Origin: Octopus sinensis
Taxonomy: Eukaryota
Length of the DNA: 64,000 nucleotides
Reading direction: 5' to 3'
Assembly: GCF_006345805.1 (NCBI RefSeq)
Contig: NC_043018.1
Coordinates: forward strand, 16,058,001-16,122,000
Under the pieces are notes generated by a model that was given only the letters and a program-made list of their open reading frames with translations, was not told the origin of the DNA and ran no database searches. The translations under genes and the position numbers were made by a program. Shown here in pieces: positions 15,249 to 25,702 of this stretch (positions are counted from its first letter, which is position 1; each line of letters begins with the position of its first letter).

Positions 15249-18200
15249 GGTGGTGAGCTGGCAGAATCGTTAGCATGCTGGGTGTTTTGTCAGTCACTAT
15301 GTGCTGAGTTCAAATTCTGCTGTGGTTGACTTTATTTTTCATCCTTTCAGAGGATGATTAAATAAGTACCAGTTATGCATTGGGGTCGATGTAATTGGCT
15401 TAATCTCTGCCCCCAAATTTGAGGGCCTTGTGCTTCCAGTACAAAGAATTACTACTACATACACATATACATATATATCATCATCATCGTTTAACATCCG
15501 TTTTCCGCGCTAGCACGGGTTGGACGGTTCGACCGGGGTCTGGGAAGCCAGGGGCTGCACCAGGCTCCAGTCTGATCTGGCAGTGCTTCTACAGCTGGAT
15601 GCCCTTCCTAACGCCAATCACTCCGTGAGTGTAGTGGGTGCTTTTTACGTGCCACCGGCACTGGTGCCAGGGGAGTCTTGCATTGGCCACGATCGGTTGG
15701 TGCTTTTAACGTGCCACCAGCACGGAAGCCAGTCAAGGCAGCGCTGGCATGTTCTTGATAATCTTGTGTATGAGTGGTATGATACTGGAGGGGTAGGTGT
15801 TCTGTAATAAATGTAAGTGTATATGTGTGTAAAGATGTGAGACATATATGTGGCAGTTATGGTACCCTCTAAAGAATTCCTTGCAATGATATTCTCTGTC
15901 TTGTCTTCCTTATGTTGTCCATACATCTCACTTTGTCCTTTTCATCTCTTCCAGGTTATTCTTCGTTTCATTTTTGACTACCCCCTTGGTAAAAAACTCT
16001 ACGAGCATCTGGAATTGATCTTTCAACAGCTAAACTACACCCAGGAGTCAGGGCGCCAGTCTGCCATCACCCTCCTCACGGCTATCATTCAGAAATATCC
16101 CATCGTAAGTAAAGGGAAAAACAACTTTCCTATTTTAGTTGTTTCAGCTGCTTTATATAACAGCTGAACACTCTATACCTGTTGTTCTCTTTACTCTTTT
16201 ACTTGTTTCAGTCATTTGACTGCGGCCATGCTGGAGCACCGCCTTTAGTCGAGCAAATCGACCCCGGGACTTATTCTTTGTAAGCCCAGTACTTATTCTA
16301 TCGGTCTCTTTTGCCAAACTGCTAGGTTGTAGGAATGTTGACAGGATAGACTCTGGAGATGCGCAAGGGATGTCTACCATCCAAGTACAGAAACAGTCCC
16401 ATGAGTAGGCTTCCACTTAGTTTCCACTCACAAGGTACAGGTTGACCTGAGACTTGTCGATGACACACTTGCTCCTGGTTCTGTGCATTGAGCTGGAACC
16501 TAAAACCACATGGCTGGTTAACCAACTTCTTAACCGCACAGCCATGCTTTGCTTCACTTGTTTCATGCTCTTGTTTGATGGGGCTGGGGGGGTCATCCCA
16601 GGTGACTGCTCCCTCCTTCCTCTCCCTCAGTTATTCCAATAATGGCCCCCTTTCTTGTTCCCTTATAATTTCTTCAGACCAGTTAATAACTGTAAACGCT
16701 TTTGTTGTTGTTGTCTTTTCAGGAGAATCTCAACAGAGATGCTAGTCTGTTTTTCTTTCCATTATGTACGTCTTTGGTGAATGATGACTCAGCGAAATGT
16801 CGTAAAAGCATTGCAGGAATGCTCAAGACCCTTCTTCAGCGGGTAACAAGTGATTTCCCATTTTGTGTTGTTATTGTTGTTGATTTATCTCCCTTGTTTT
16901 ACTGAATCACAGCCTCTTGATCATTTCTTCTCTACTGTACTTGATAACCTCATGTCATCACAGTCACTGTAATGTACTTCTTGTCCAGTCACTAATGTAC
17001 TCACTGGCTTTCTTTGACCATGTCCACTATAATGTACTTGCTGGTGTTACTGTAATATACTCAGTGACCTCCCTTAGCCATGTCCGCTATAACGTACTCA
17101 ATAACCTCCGTTGACCGTATCCACTAAAATGTACTCACTGACTTCACTAAAATGTACTTAATCTTATGTTAAGATCCAGATGTTACGGTTGATAATACAC
17201 TGGGCTACCATCCAAGAGACAGCTGGTTCATATCTTACCACAGACACAGGCGGGCTATTCATGGTACTGACAAACCAATCATGAAAGGCCACAGTCCATC
17301 TGTCTGTAAATAGGTACCATCACAAAAGTCCAGCTCATTGCTGTAGGACAAAAGGAACTCTGGAGATGTAATGAAGGATTACCAGCTGCTTGCGATGTTG
17401 AGTTCATCTTGTGAATTCCATTTTTTCTTTGTCTCTCATATGTTATTTATATGGGATTTGATAAACTAGTCTATAAATTAAAACTGACCCCATAAAAACA
17501 AAAAAAATCAGTGACAGTCAGAGTCTGTAACAATGTATATCTTCTTAAAAAATTCAGTAACTTCTAAACTGGCGTTGGGACAGCGTGTCCTTTGTCTATC
17601 TCCTTAACTTCTTGGAGATTTTAGGTATAATTATACTAATGTGTCCATCTGTTCTAATTTAATTAAATTCTGTGTCTTTTGTGCAGCTGAAGATTGCTCT
17701 ACATTTTAAATTGATGTAATGATTGCATTGTTCGATTAAAGGGAGTACTGCATTACCTCTGGATATCATTGTTGCTTATTTTGATTTTATATATATATAT
17801 ATATATATAGTTGAAATTTACACAATATGGATTTAGCAGTCAATATATATATGTACATACATATTCTATTTTATATTGTATTTATTACATTATATTTTCA
17901 CAGCTGAGTGTAGAGACATGTGATAAGCTATTCACCAATTGTACCAACTGGTTTTCCAATAAGAAGGTAATAATTAACTAAATCATATTTAATTACTGTT
18001 TATTAGGTTTTGATGTTCAAATGTTTAATGAAGATGTCTAATTCATCCTTTGAAAATCCACACTCTTACACATACATACACACACTAAATTCAGCACATA
18101 TAAATATATATGTGTGTGTGTGTGTGTGTAAATATATATATCTATATATCTATCTATATGCCTGTCTATCTGTGTATCTATCTATCTATATATATATAAG

Positions 18201-20559
18201 AGACCAAAGTGTACATACACCGCTAGCCTATGCTAGCATGGAAAGCGGACGTTAAACAATGATGATGATGATGTTGATGATATAAGAAATACAAAATGGG
18301 ACAACAAAACATCCAGATAGACAATGCAAAGAAAACACGGACGGGTCATTTGAAGTTTTCTTTCCTCAGTCAAGTACCAGATTATCTTTGCAATTTTGGC
18401 TGGTTATACTCGAGATAGCTCCAATCTGGCCAACCCCAAGGAAAAACTAAGCTAAGAGCATTAGATTCCTTGGAAGAAAGCAGCGAATGTATACAAAAAC
18501 AATAAAAATAATAACAAGACTTCATATTATTGTTTCGTCTCTGATTTCTTTTATCTGTCACCTTTCTATCATTTCTCTCTCTTTTCACCTGTCTATCCAG
18601 CTCCAGTTAAAGATGGTGGCTGCCCAGGTGTCTGGACTTTTTGCAGAGACAGAAAAAATGGACTTCAAGAAGAGGCTACCTGTGTTTTTACCTCTCCTCA
18701 CAAAACATACAAGTAAAGATGGTTTTACCAATGTAAGTATCTCTCTATCTGTCGATCAATCTATCTATCTATCTATCTGTGTATCTTTGTTTTATGTCTA
18801 CTTTTCTGTGCCATGCTTCCATGAATTTGACAGAATAACACTTACTGACCAAAGATAACAAGCAAATCTGTGCCATTGAGCAGGATATTTGCTATAACGA
18901 TATTTCTGCTTCAGCACTGAATCTGTCTGAAGTGTAATGGAAAATAGGTCTGTTTGAAAGCATTGATGTCCAAGTCACAAAAGCAAAGTTTAAAGGCAAT
19001 AGTTGACATTTCCTTTGATTTCTAGACAGAAGCAAATAGGAAATAAAAACTTTGTTACCCACTGTAATACTCTTTTATTTGTTTCAGTCATTTGACTGTG
19101 GCCATGCTGGAGCACCGCCTTTAATCGAGCAACTCGACCCCGGGACTTATTCTTTTTGTAAGCCCAGTACTTATTCTATCGGTCTCTTTTTGCCGAACCG
19201 CTAGGTAACGGGAGCATAAACACACCAGCATCGGTTGTCAAGCAATGCTAGGGGGACAAACACAGGCACACAAGCACAGACACGCATATATATATACAAC
19301 GGGCTTCTTTTCAGTTTCCGTCTACCAAATCCACTCACAAGGCTTTGGTCGGCCCGAGGCTATAGTAGAAGACACTTGCCCATGGTGCCACGCAGTGGGA
19401 CTGAACCCGGAACCATGTAGTTGGTAAACAAGCTACTTACCACACAGCCACTCCTGCGCCTATATATTTATATGTATATATTTACATATATATTTATCAT
19501 CAGTCCTCTCTCTCTCATTTTAATTTTAAACTGAAGAATTAAAATAGACATTTTTTGTTTAATTGCTTCCTTCACTTTTTGCAGACAAGTTTGACTTCTG
19601 TGGAACACGACCAAGATCGCTTGTTATACAACAGCTTAAACACCTTCTTGAAAATAGTGAGGTGCTGTGATGTCTTACAAGACAAGAAATTCATCAAAGA
19701 GACCAATTCCATCTGGGGTAACATTAACTTTTCTACCTGATCTACCATTCCCTCCCTCTTTCCCCTTCTACCTCTCTCCTCCCACTCCTCCTCTGTATTT
19801 CTAATCAGCCTCTCTCTCTCTCTCTCTTTCTCTCTCTGCAGGTAATGTGCTGGAGTTGATGCTGTACCCCCATATGTGGGTCCAACTGGTATCGGCCCAG
19901 CTCTTGGGTTTGCTCTTCAGTGTCTGGGCCCCACAAAAGTTGGCATCTTCCATCTTTAATGGGGAACAACCGCCAAACACTCCCTATCTGCTCATTGAAG
20001 GACAGAAAAAGGTAAGACACACATTTTGGTGGTGGTGGTGGTGTTGATAGTGATGTTGGTGGTGACAGTGGTGCTGTTGTTGTTGGTGGTGGTGATGTCA
20101 TAGGGTGTTTCTATGAATGTGGTGGTTGTGGTATTTAGCTTGGTTTCTACAGCTGGAGGCCCTCCTAATGTCAACCACTTTACAGAGTGCACTGGGTGCG
20201 TGTGAGAGGCCTGATCTGGCCTGTTTGAGCATAAGACAAGTAGAATATTTGGGCCAGATGTGGCCAGTTTAAACGCTAAAGGTTCAGTTACACTTGAAAC
20301 TCATCAAGTAAAAACAGTTTTATTGCAAGGGGTGGGGGTTCAATTAATGATGTATGCATGCCAATGTGTGTGCGTTTGTGTTTTTGCATGTGCGTGCGTG
20401 TGTGTGTGTGTACCTTCTACAGTGTACATACGATGTTGATTATTTGGCTGTTCTATGTTGCAGGTTCACACCCTTGTATTAAACAGTATTGGTCAGTTAC
20501 AGACAACATTGTTACAGAAACAACAAGCTGAACAGGTAAACAAATCCTCTCTCTTCTTC

Positions 20560-20610
<51 letters not shown>

Positions 20611-20895
20611 GACTTTCTTTTTTAAAGTGATCAGAATTAAACCTTACCTTTAAAATTTCATGCTAATTTCTATCCCAGCTAATTAACGACTAAGTTGTTT
20701 TAGTATATTTTTCATTATTTTCAAAGTGAATTGAGAGGAAATCTGCATTTCAACAGGACCACAGTAACAAAAAGGGTTGGGCTGATGTTTAGGGCATAAC
20801 ATGAAATTTTGATGCAAGATTTAAATTTAAATCACTTTAAAATTACCATATTTCTCTTGTAATACTCTTGTGGTGGAATCCTTGTCTCTTTCACT

Positions 20896-20927
<32 letters not shown>

Positions 20928-21344
20928 TACTTCTCTTTCACTTATTTTTTTCACTCCTTCCCTGTCTCTTTTACTCATTCTCTCTCTCTCTCTCATTTCT
21001 CTTTTACTTATTCTCTCACTCATTCCCTGTCTCTTTCATTCATTGTCTCTCTCTCTCTCTCTCTCTCTTGCTTCTCTTCCACTTATTCTCTCACTCATTC
21101 CATGTCTCTTTCATTCATTCTCTCTCTCTCTTGCTTCTCTTCCACTTATTCTTTCACTCATTCTCTCTCTCTCATTTCTCTTTCATTCATTCTCTCTCTC
21201 TCTTGCTTCTCTTCCACTTATTCTTTCACTCATTCTCTCTCTCTCATTTCTCTTTCATTCATTCTCTCTCTCTCTTGCTTCTCTTCCACTTATTCTTTCA
21301 TTCATTCTCTCTCTCGTTTTTCTTTCACTTATTCTTTCACTCAT

Positions 21345-21399
<55 letters not shown>

Positions 21400-22087
21400 T
21401 TCTCTCATTTCTCTTTCACTTATTCTCTCACTCATTCCCTGTCTCTGTTACTCATTCTCTCTCTCTTTCTCTCTCCAGGCTGTGAAGAACTTGGTTTTCC
21501 TTACCAAAGTCATCAAACACTTGAACATCCTGCAGGGAATATTGAAGGTGAAGGTCAGTGAGGCTGAGGGTGAGTCAGAGGTGAAGGCAGAGGAGACATT
21601 GAAAGAAGTAGGAATAAAGACAGTGACAGAGGAGGAGGTGAAGGAGAGCATGGATGTTGAAGAAGGGAAGATGACGATGATGATGATGATGATGAAGTTG
21701 ATGAGCTGCAGGAGGAGGAAGAGAAAGAAGAGACAGAGGAAGAGGAGGATGAAGAGACAGAGGGAGAGGAGGAAGAAGAAGAAGAGGAGGATGAGGAAGA
21801 GGAAGTAGAAAAAGGAGAGGCAATAGCAGATGAGGATATTGGTGAACCTGTCGGAGTGGAAGGAAAGGAGGAAGAAATGGATGTAGAAGAAGAGGAGGAT
21901 GAGGATGAGGAGGAAGAAGACGGAGAAAAAGAGGGTGAGAAGGAAGATGAAGGTCCCGGAGAGTACAGGGTGTCTCTACCCTGGGTCACACGTAAAATGA
22001 TCCATGAGGCTCATTACGAAAACATTCACAACCCAAGAAGTGTATTGAAGGTGAGATGGTGTATGATTTTGCCTTATTCTTTTGCAC

Positions 22088-22120
<33 letters not shown>

Positions 22121-25100
22121 CACACACACTCATACACACACATATATTTTTTATTTTTTGGTCTTTTACTTGTTTCAGTTATTAGACTGGCCATGCTGGG
22201 GCACCACTCTAAAGAATTTTAATTGAACAAATCGACATTAGTACTTACTTATTTTCTTCTTTTTTTTTAAACCTTGTATTTATTCCGTCATTCTCTCTTA
22301 CTGAACTGCTAAGTGACGGGGAAGTAAACACACCAGCATCGGTTGTCAAGCGATGTTGGGGGAACAAACACAGACACACAAACATATACATATATATACG
22401 ACGGGCTTCTTTCAGTTTCCATCTACAAAATTCACTCACAAGGCTTTGATTGGCCCGACATTATAGTAGAAGAAAGACACTTGCCCAAGGTGCCATGCAG
22501 TGTGACTGAACCCGGAACCATGTGATTGGGAAGCAAGCTTCTTACCACACAGCCACACCTGTGTGTGTGTGTGTCTATATGTATATATATATCTATGAGG
22601 TCGAAACCAGAAATCGTTATTTAAATTCATCACTATATTATTGTTGTTGTTGTTGTTATTATCATCAAGGTAGTGAGGTGTTGTAATCTTAATGTCTCTT
22701 CCTCGTTATAGCGATCGTATGTCTTTAAATGGTTTGCCGCTGTTGCCATTGATCTTGGACCGGAACTCCTTGCAGACATCATACACATTGCTCTCCCTGC
22801 TCTCCATCGAGAACTCAATAACACCAGAAGAATGCCAGGTTGGTGCCTCTTCACCATTCTTACCTTATTTACCTTTTCTATTCCTACATCTTTCCTCTTC
22901 TTTCCTTCCTTCCTTTCTCCTTTCTTTCCTTCCTGATATTCTACCTGCTGAGCCATTGTTAGCATGCTGGACGAAATGTTTAGCAGTATTTCATCTAAAG
23001 GCGGCGAGATGGCAGAAACGTTAGCAAGCCAGGCGAAATGCCTAGCGGTATTTCGTCTGCCGTTGCATTCACATTTCAAATTCCGCCGAGGTCGATTTTG
23101 CTTTTCATCCTTTCAGGGTCGATTAAATAAGTACCAGTTACGCACTGGGGTCGATACAATCGACTTAATCCGTTTGTCTGTCCTTGTTTGTCCTCTCTGT
23201 GTTTAGCCCCCTGTGGGTAGTAAAGAAATAAGTATTTCGTCTGCCGCTACGTTCTGAGCTCAAATTCCGCCGAGGTCGACTTTGCCTTTAAGTCTTTCGG
23301 GGTCGATTAAATAAGTACCAGTTACGCACTGGGGTCGATACAATCGACTTTTGTGATATCTGTGTTTAGCCCCTTATGGGTAGTAAAGAAATAGGTATTT
23401 CGTCTGCCGCTACGTTCTGAGCTCAAATTCCGCCGAGGTCGACTTTGCCTTTAAGTCTTTCGGGGTCGATTAAATAAGTACCAGTTACGCACTGGGGTCG
23501 ATACAATCGACTTTTGTGATATCTGTGTTTAGCCCCTTATGGGTAGTAAAGAAATAGGTATTTCGTCTGCCGCTACGTTCTGAGCTCAAATTCCGCCGAG
23601 GTCGACTTTGCCTTTAAGTCTTTCGGGGTCGATTAAATAAGTACCAGTTACGCACTGGGGTCGATACAATCGACTTTTGTGATATCTGTGCTTAGCCCCT
23701 TATGGGTAGTAAAGAAATAGGTATTTCGTCTGCCGCTACGTTGTGAGTTCAAATTCCACCAAGGTTGACTTTGCCTTTCATCCTTCCGGGGTTGATAAAT
23801 TGAGTACCAGTGAAGTACATGGATCGATGTAATTGACTATGCCCCTCCCCCAAAATTACTGCCCTTGTGGCAAAATTTGAAGCCATTATTATTATTATCA
23901 TTATTATTATTATTTCAGATCCAAAGTTAAAAGCACTGACCCAAGAAGTGTTGGAACTGTTAAAGAAAACAGTTGGCACCACCGTCTTCTCAGAGAAGTT
24001 TGCTCAAGCACAGAAAATACGGATGGAGCGAATTTCCTCCCGTAAACAGAAGAGAGCAGTTGAGGTGAGTTATTCCACTATTTTCTGCACTTCACTTCAC
24101 TTGCTGAGTAACACCGATGAAGGGGGACCAGCAGCATTTATTCACATAACTGGGTTTTATGCTTGCGTAATTAAGTCTGCTGGTCTCATGAAACACATGT
24201 ACGCCATATAAGACATTAACAAGGACTATGTTTTCTGTGTTACTTTTCAATTTATATGTATATAGGCACAGGTGTGGCTGTGTGATTAAGAAGCTTGTTT
24301 CGTAACTACATAGCTCTAAGTTTGGTCCCATTTCGAGGCACCTTGGATAAGTGTCTTCTACTATAGCCCCGAACTGACTGAAGACTTTGGTGCGGGGATC
24401 TTGTGGATGGAAACTGAAAGAAGCCTGTTGTGTGTGTTTCTGTCTCCTTCTCTTGACATTGCATGTCGGTTGTAAAAGTACTGTCACTGCCATACAAGCA
24501 GTACCATTCATTTTTGATGTTCTGCATCATGTGTGTGTCTGGCCCTAGGACAGTATCACTTTGCTTGCATACAGGTGAGGATTGGTGACAGGAAGGGCAT
24601 CCAGCTGTAGAAAATCTGCCTCAACAAATTCTGTCCAACCCATGCAAGCATGGAAAAGTCATCATCATCATCATCATCGTTTAACATCCGTTTCCCATGC
24701 TGGCATGGGTTGGACAGTTTGATTGGGGACTGGCCAGCCAGGAGGTCGCACCAGGCTCCAATCTGATCTACCAAATGTTTCTACAGCTGGATGCCCTTCC
24801 TAATGCCAACCACTCTGAGAGTGGGTGTTTTTTACGTGCCACTGGCATGGGAGTCATTCAGGCAGCACTGGCAACGACCCATGCATGAATGGTGCTTATT
24901 GCGTGCTACCAGCACAGGAACCAGTCAGTCGGTGCCACAACTACAATTTCCATTTAATTTTGATTTTGAAAAGTGAGCATTAAAATGATGATGACATAGA
25001 TATATGTGTGTGTACAATCTAGATCATCATTATCATCATCGTTTAGTGTCCGCTTTCCATGCTGGCATAGGTTAGACAGTTCAACTGGGGTCTGGGAAGC

Positions 25101-25702
25101 CAGAAGGCTGCACCAGGCCCCGTCTGATCTGGCAATGTTTCTACAGCTGGATGCCCTTCCTAACGCCAACCACTCCATGAGTGTAGTGGGTGCTTTTTAC
25201 GTGCCAGATGAGGCTGGTAAGCGGCCACGATGGATGGTGATATATATATATATATATATATAATAATCATCATCATCATCATCATTTAACGACCAATTTC
25301 CATACTAGCATGAGTCAAAAGACTGTACCAAGCTCTATTGTCTGCTAGTGGCCTGGTTTTGTATGACAGGCTGCCTTTCCTAATGCCAACCACTTTACAG
25401 AGTGTAGTGGGTGTTTTTTATATATATATATATATATATGACAAAGGACTAAGATAATTGACAATTTGCTATGCTTATACCATACATACTTAAATATTTG
25501 TTTATTTGTTTTTCCGCCAAATGTTTTTACAGTTTAACCATCAATTGTTTGTTTTTAAATAATGCAGGCTGTCACCCGACCAGACATTTCTTACAAGAGG
25601 AAACAGAAGCAGAACATTGCCAAAGTTGCTGCCAAAAAGAGAAAAGTGGAGAAGATAAGAACGATGAAAGTTTTGAAAGGAAAATTTTCAAGAAAGAGTT
25701 GA
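2067..25702 (+). CDS. UTP20: Small subunit processome component 20 homolog, 3' part (20 exons; the gene starts upstream of the window)
   Basis: 20 GT-AG exons join in consistent phase into ~1074 aa that is colinear with the UTP20 C-terminus as I recall it (EIVRVPVALAIVKL, LSRGYQ, IFGMVAEEK, DYPLGKKL, SLVNDDSAKC, YPHMWV, KRKVEK). One frameshift at ~21665. Confidence 0.93.
2300..2712 (-). mobile_element. SINE family 1
   Basis: Colinear with 101-497. Confidence 0.8.
2986..3230 (-). mobile_element. Penelope-like element reverse transcriptase fragment
   Basis: Translates to SLFEISMGSYDGVEVADLIGL, the PLE RT MGSYDG motif region. Confidence 0.75.
3920..4076 (+). CDS. UTP20: UTP20 exon b (VILRICEFL...SRGYQ)
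   Basis: tttcag|A ... CAG|gtaagt; 157 nt. Confidence 0.93.
4180..4581 (-). mobile_element. SINE family 1
   Basis: Colinear, near full length. Confidence 0.85.
5564..5662 (+). CDS. UTP20: UTP20 exon c (LHILGFTVH...KSLIE)
   Basis: caacag|CTT ... GAA|gtgagt; 99 nt. Confidence 0.92.
5846..6078 (-). mobile_element. SINE family 2
   Basis: Colinear with 1262-1490. Confidence 0.8.
6267..6434 (+). CDS. UTP20: UTP20 exon d (IFNEDIFGMVAEEK...APLKD)
   Basis: gtcaag|ATT ... GAC|gtaagt; 168 nt. Confidence 0.9.
6963..7181 (+). mobile_element. piggyBac-like MITE
   Basis: TTAA on both sides; TIRs CCCTTTAGT/ACTAAAGGG. Confidence 0.8.
7259..7425 (+). CDS. UTP20: UTP20 exon e (ILDTSSNQ...LAKDK)
   Basis: tttcag|ATC ... 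CA|gtaggt; 167 nt. Confidence 0.9.
7736..7985 (+). mobile_element. tRNA-derived SINE
   Basis: A box TGGCTTAGTGG, B box GGTTTCGATTCC, CORE-like TGTGTTCTTGAGCAAAACACTT; its tail is shared with 32781-33046. Confidence 0.75.
8067..8208 (+). CDS. UTP20: UTP20 exon f (EKNKK...RPESCLIIP...EFGLQ)
   Basis: ttatag|G ... CAG|gtgagt; 142 nt. Confidence 0.92.
8272..8494 (-). mobile_element. piggyBac-like MITE, degenerate inverted copy
   Basis: Its reverse complement aligns with 8522-8742 (ctgttttatgttcaaactgg...cctaccctacaat); decayed TIRs. Confidence 0.65.
8522..8742 (+). mobile_element. piggyBac-like MITE (same family)
   Basis: TTAA flanks, CCCTTTAG/CTAAAGGG TIRs, internal similarity to 6963-7181. 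Confidence 0.8.
9025..9422 (-). mobile_element. SINE family 1
   Basis: Colinear, near full length. Confidence 0.85.
10088..10375 (+). CDS. UTP20: UTP20 exon g (LLYFTFKK...LLDPF...GAARGKN...IFK)
   Basis: tttcag|CTC ... AAG|gtatac; 288 nt. Confidence 0.92.
10700..10965 (-). mobile_element. RTE-related 3' fragment with (CAT)n
   Basis: Reverse complement of the 33065-33422 family. Confidence 0.75.
11193..11324 (+). CDS. UTP20: UTP20 exon h (SITILVR...CEEDIMDYTRQACAFNLIK)
   Basis: ctgcag|TCA ... AAG|gtgaga; 132 nt. Confidence 0.92.
11452..11839 (-). mobile_element. SINE family 1
   Basis: Colinear, near full length. Confidence 0.85.
11940..13975. repeat. Intronic satellite, about 10.5 units of ~190/~217 bp
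   Basis: AGATCACTT anchors at 11951, 12173, 12366, 12554, 12771, 12961, 13152, 13369, 13559, 13745 and 13934. Confidence 0.92.
14035..14268 (+). mobile_element. SINE family 2
   Basis: Reverse-complement homolog of 1262-1490. Confidence 0.8.
14450..14560 (+). CDS. UTP20: UTP20 exon i (AILHRK...KQSRD)
   Basis: ttgcag|GCA ... GAT|gtatgt; 111 nt. Confidence 0.92.
14593..14976 (-). mobile_element. SINE family 1
   Basis: Colinear, near full length. Confidence 0.85.
15478..15745 (-). mobile_element. RTE-related 3' fragment with (CAT)n
   Basis: Reverse complement of the 33065-33422 family. Confidence 0.75.
15955..16104 (+). CDS. UTP20: UTP20 exon j (VILRFIFDYPLGKKL...QKYPI)
   Basis: ttccag|GTT ... 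ATC|gtaagt; 150 nt. Confidence 0.93.
16723..16842 (+). CDS. UTP20: UTP20 exon k (ENLNRDA...NDDSAKC...LLQR)
   Basis: tttcag|GAG ... CGG|gtaaca; 120 nt. Confidence 0.92.
17904..17966 (+). CDS. UTP20: UTP20 exon l (LSVETCDKLFTNCTNWFSNKK)
   Basis: tcacag|CTG ... AAG|gtaata; 63 nt. Confidence 0.88.
18601..18732 (+). CDS. UTP20: UTP20 exon m (LQLKMVAAQVSGLF...DGFTN)
   Basis: atccag|CTC ... AAT|gtaagt; 132 nt; an alternative in-frame acceptor at 18607 is possible. Confidence 0.9.
19070..19461 (-). mobile_element. SINE family 1
   Basis: Colinear, near full length. Confidence 0.85.
19585..19717 (+). CDS. UTP20: UTP20 exon n (TSLTSVEHDQDRLLY...NSIW)
   Basis: ttgcag|ACA ... TGG G|gtaaca; 133 nt. Confidence 0.9.
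19842..20011 (+). CDS. UTP20: UTP20 exon o (NVLELMLYPHMWVQL...EGQKK)
   Basis: ctgcag|GT ... AAG|gtaaga; 170 nt. Confidence 0.9.
20464..20535 (+). CDS. UTP20: UTP20 exon p (VHTLVLNSIGQLQ...QAEQ)
   Basis: ttgcag|GTT ... CAG|gtaaac; 72 nt. Confidence 0.88.
20881..21476 (+). repeat. TC-rich compound minisatellite (units ~63-72 bp)
   Basis: TTGCTTCTCTTCCACTTATTC recurs at ~21068, 21131, 21203 and 21275. Confidence 0.85.
21479..22050 (+). CDS. UTP20: UTP20 exon q (AVKNLVFL...acidic tract...SLPWVTRKM...RSVLK); contains an apparent 1-nt deletion
   Basis: ctccag|GCT ... AAG|gtgaga; 572 nt (3n+2) although both flanks are phase 0; the frame must change near 21665-21667. Confidence 0.85.
22160..22560 (-). 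mobile_element. SINE family 1
   Basis: Colinear, more diverged. Confidence 0.8.
22712..22838 (+). CDS. UTP20: UTP20 exon r (RSYVFKWFAAVAIDLG...RELNNTRRMP)
   Basis: ttatag|CGA ... CCA G|gttggt; 127 nt. Confidence 0.92.
23048..23870 (+). repeat. Tandem array of SINE family 2 body, 163-bp period
   Basis: Unit starts (GTATTTCGTCTGCC) at 23232, 23395, 23558 and 23721, with a 184-bp lead unit at 23048. Confidence 0.9.
23919..24064 (+). CDS. UTP20: UTP20 exon s (PKLKALTQEVLELLKK...KRAVE)
   Basis: tttcag|AT ... GAG|gtgagt; 146 nt. Confidence 0.93.
25568..25702 (+). CDS. UTP20: UTP20 last exon (AVTRPDIS...KRKVEK...SRKS*)
   Basis: atgcag|GCT ... TGA at 25700-25702; 135 nt. Confidence 0.92.
   Translation, partial: AVTRPDISYKRKQKQNIAKVAAKKRKVEKIRTMKVLKGKFSRKS

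Noticed and set aside
21570-21575. Strong GTGAGT donor inside the acidic exon as a way to splice around the frameshift
   Set aside because: The downstream sequence is purine-rich with no pyrimidine tract or credible acceptor before the frame resumes
20868-21808. 312-aa and 205-aa Leu/Ser/Phe ORFs
   Set aside because: The 5' parts are the intronic TC minisatellite; only 21479 onward is UTP20 coding
11940-23870. CRISPR-like appearance of the tandem arrays
   Set aside because: Units are contiguous 163-220-bp repeats without unique spacers, in eukaryotic introns, with no cas genes
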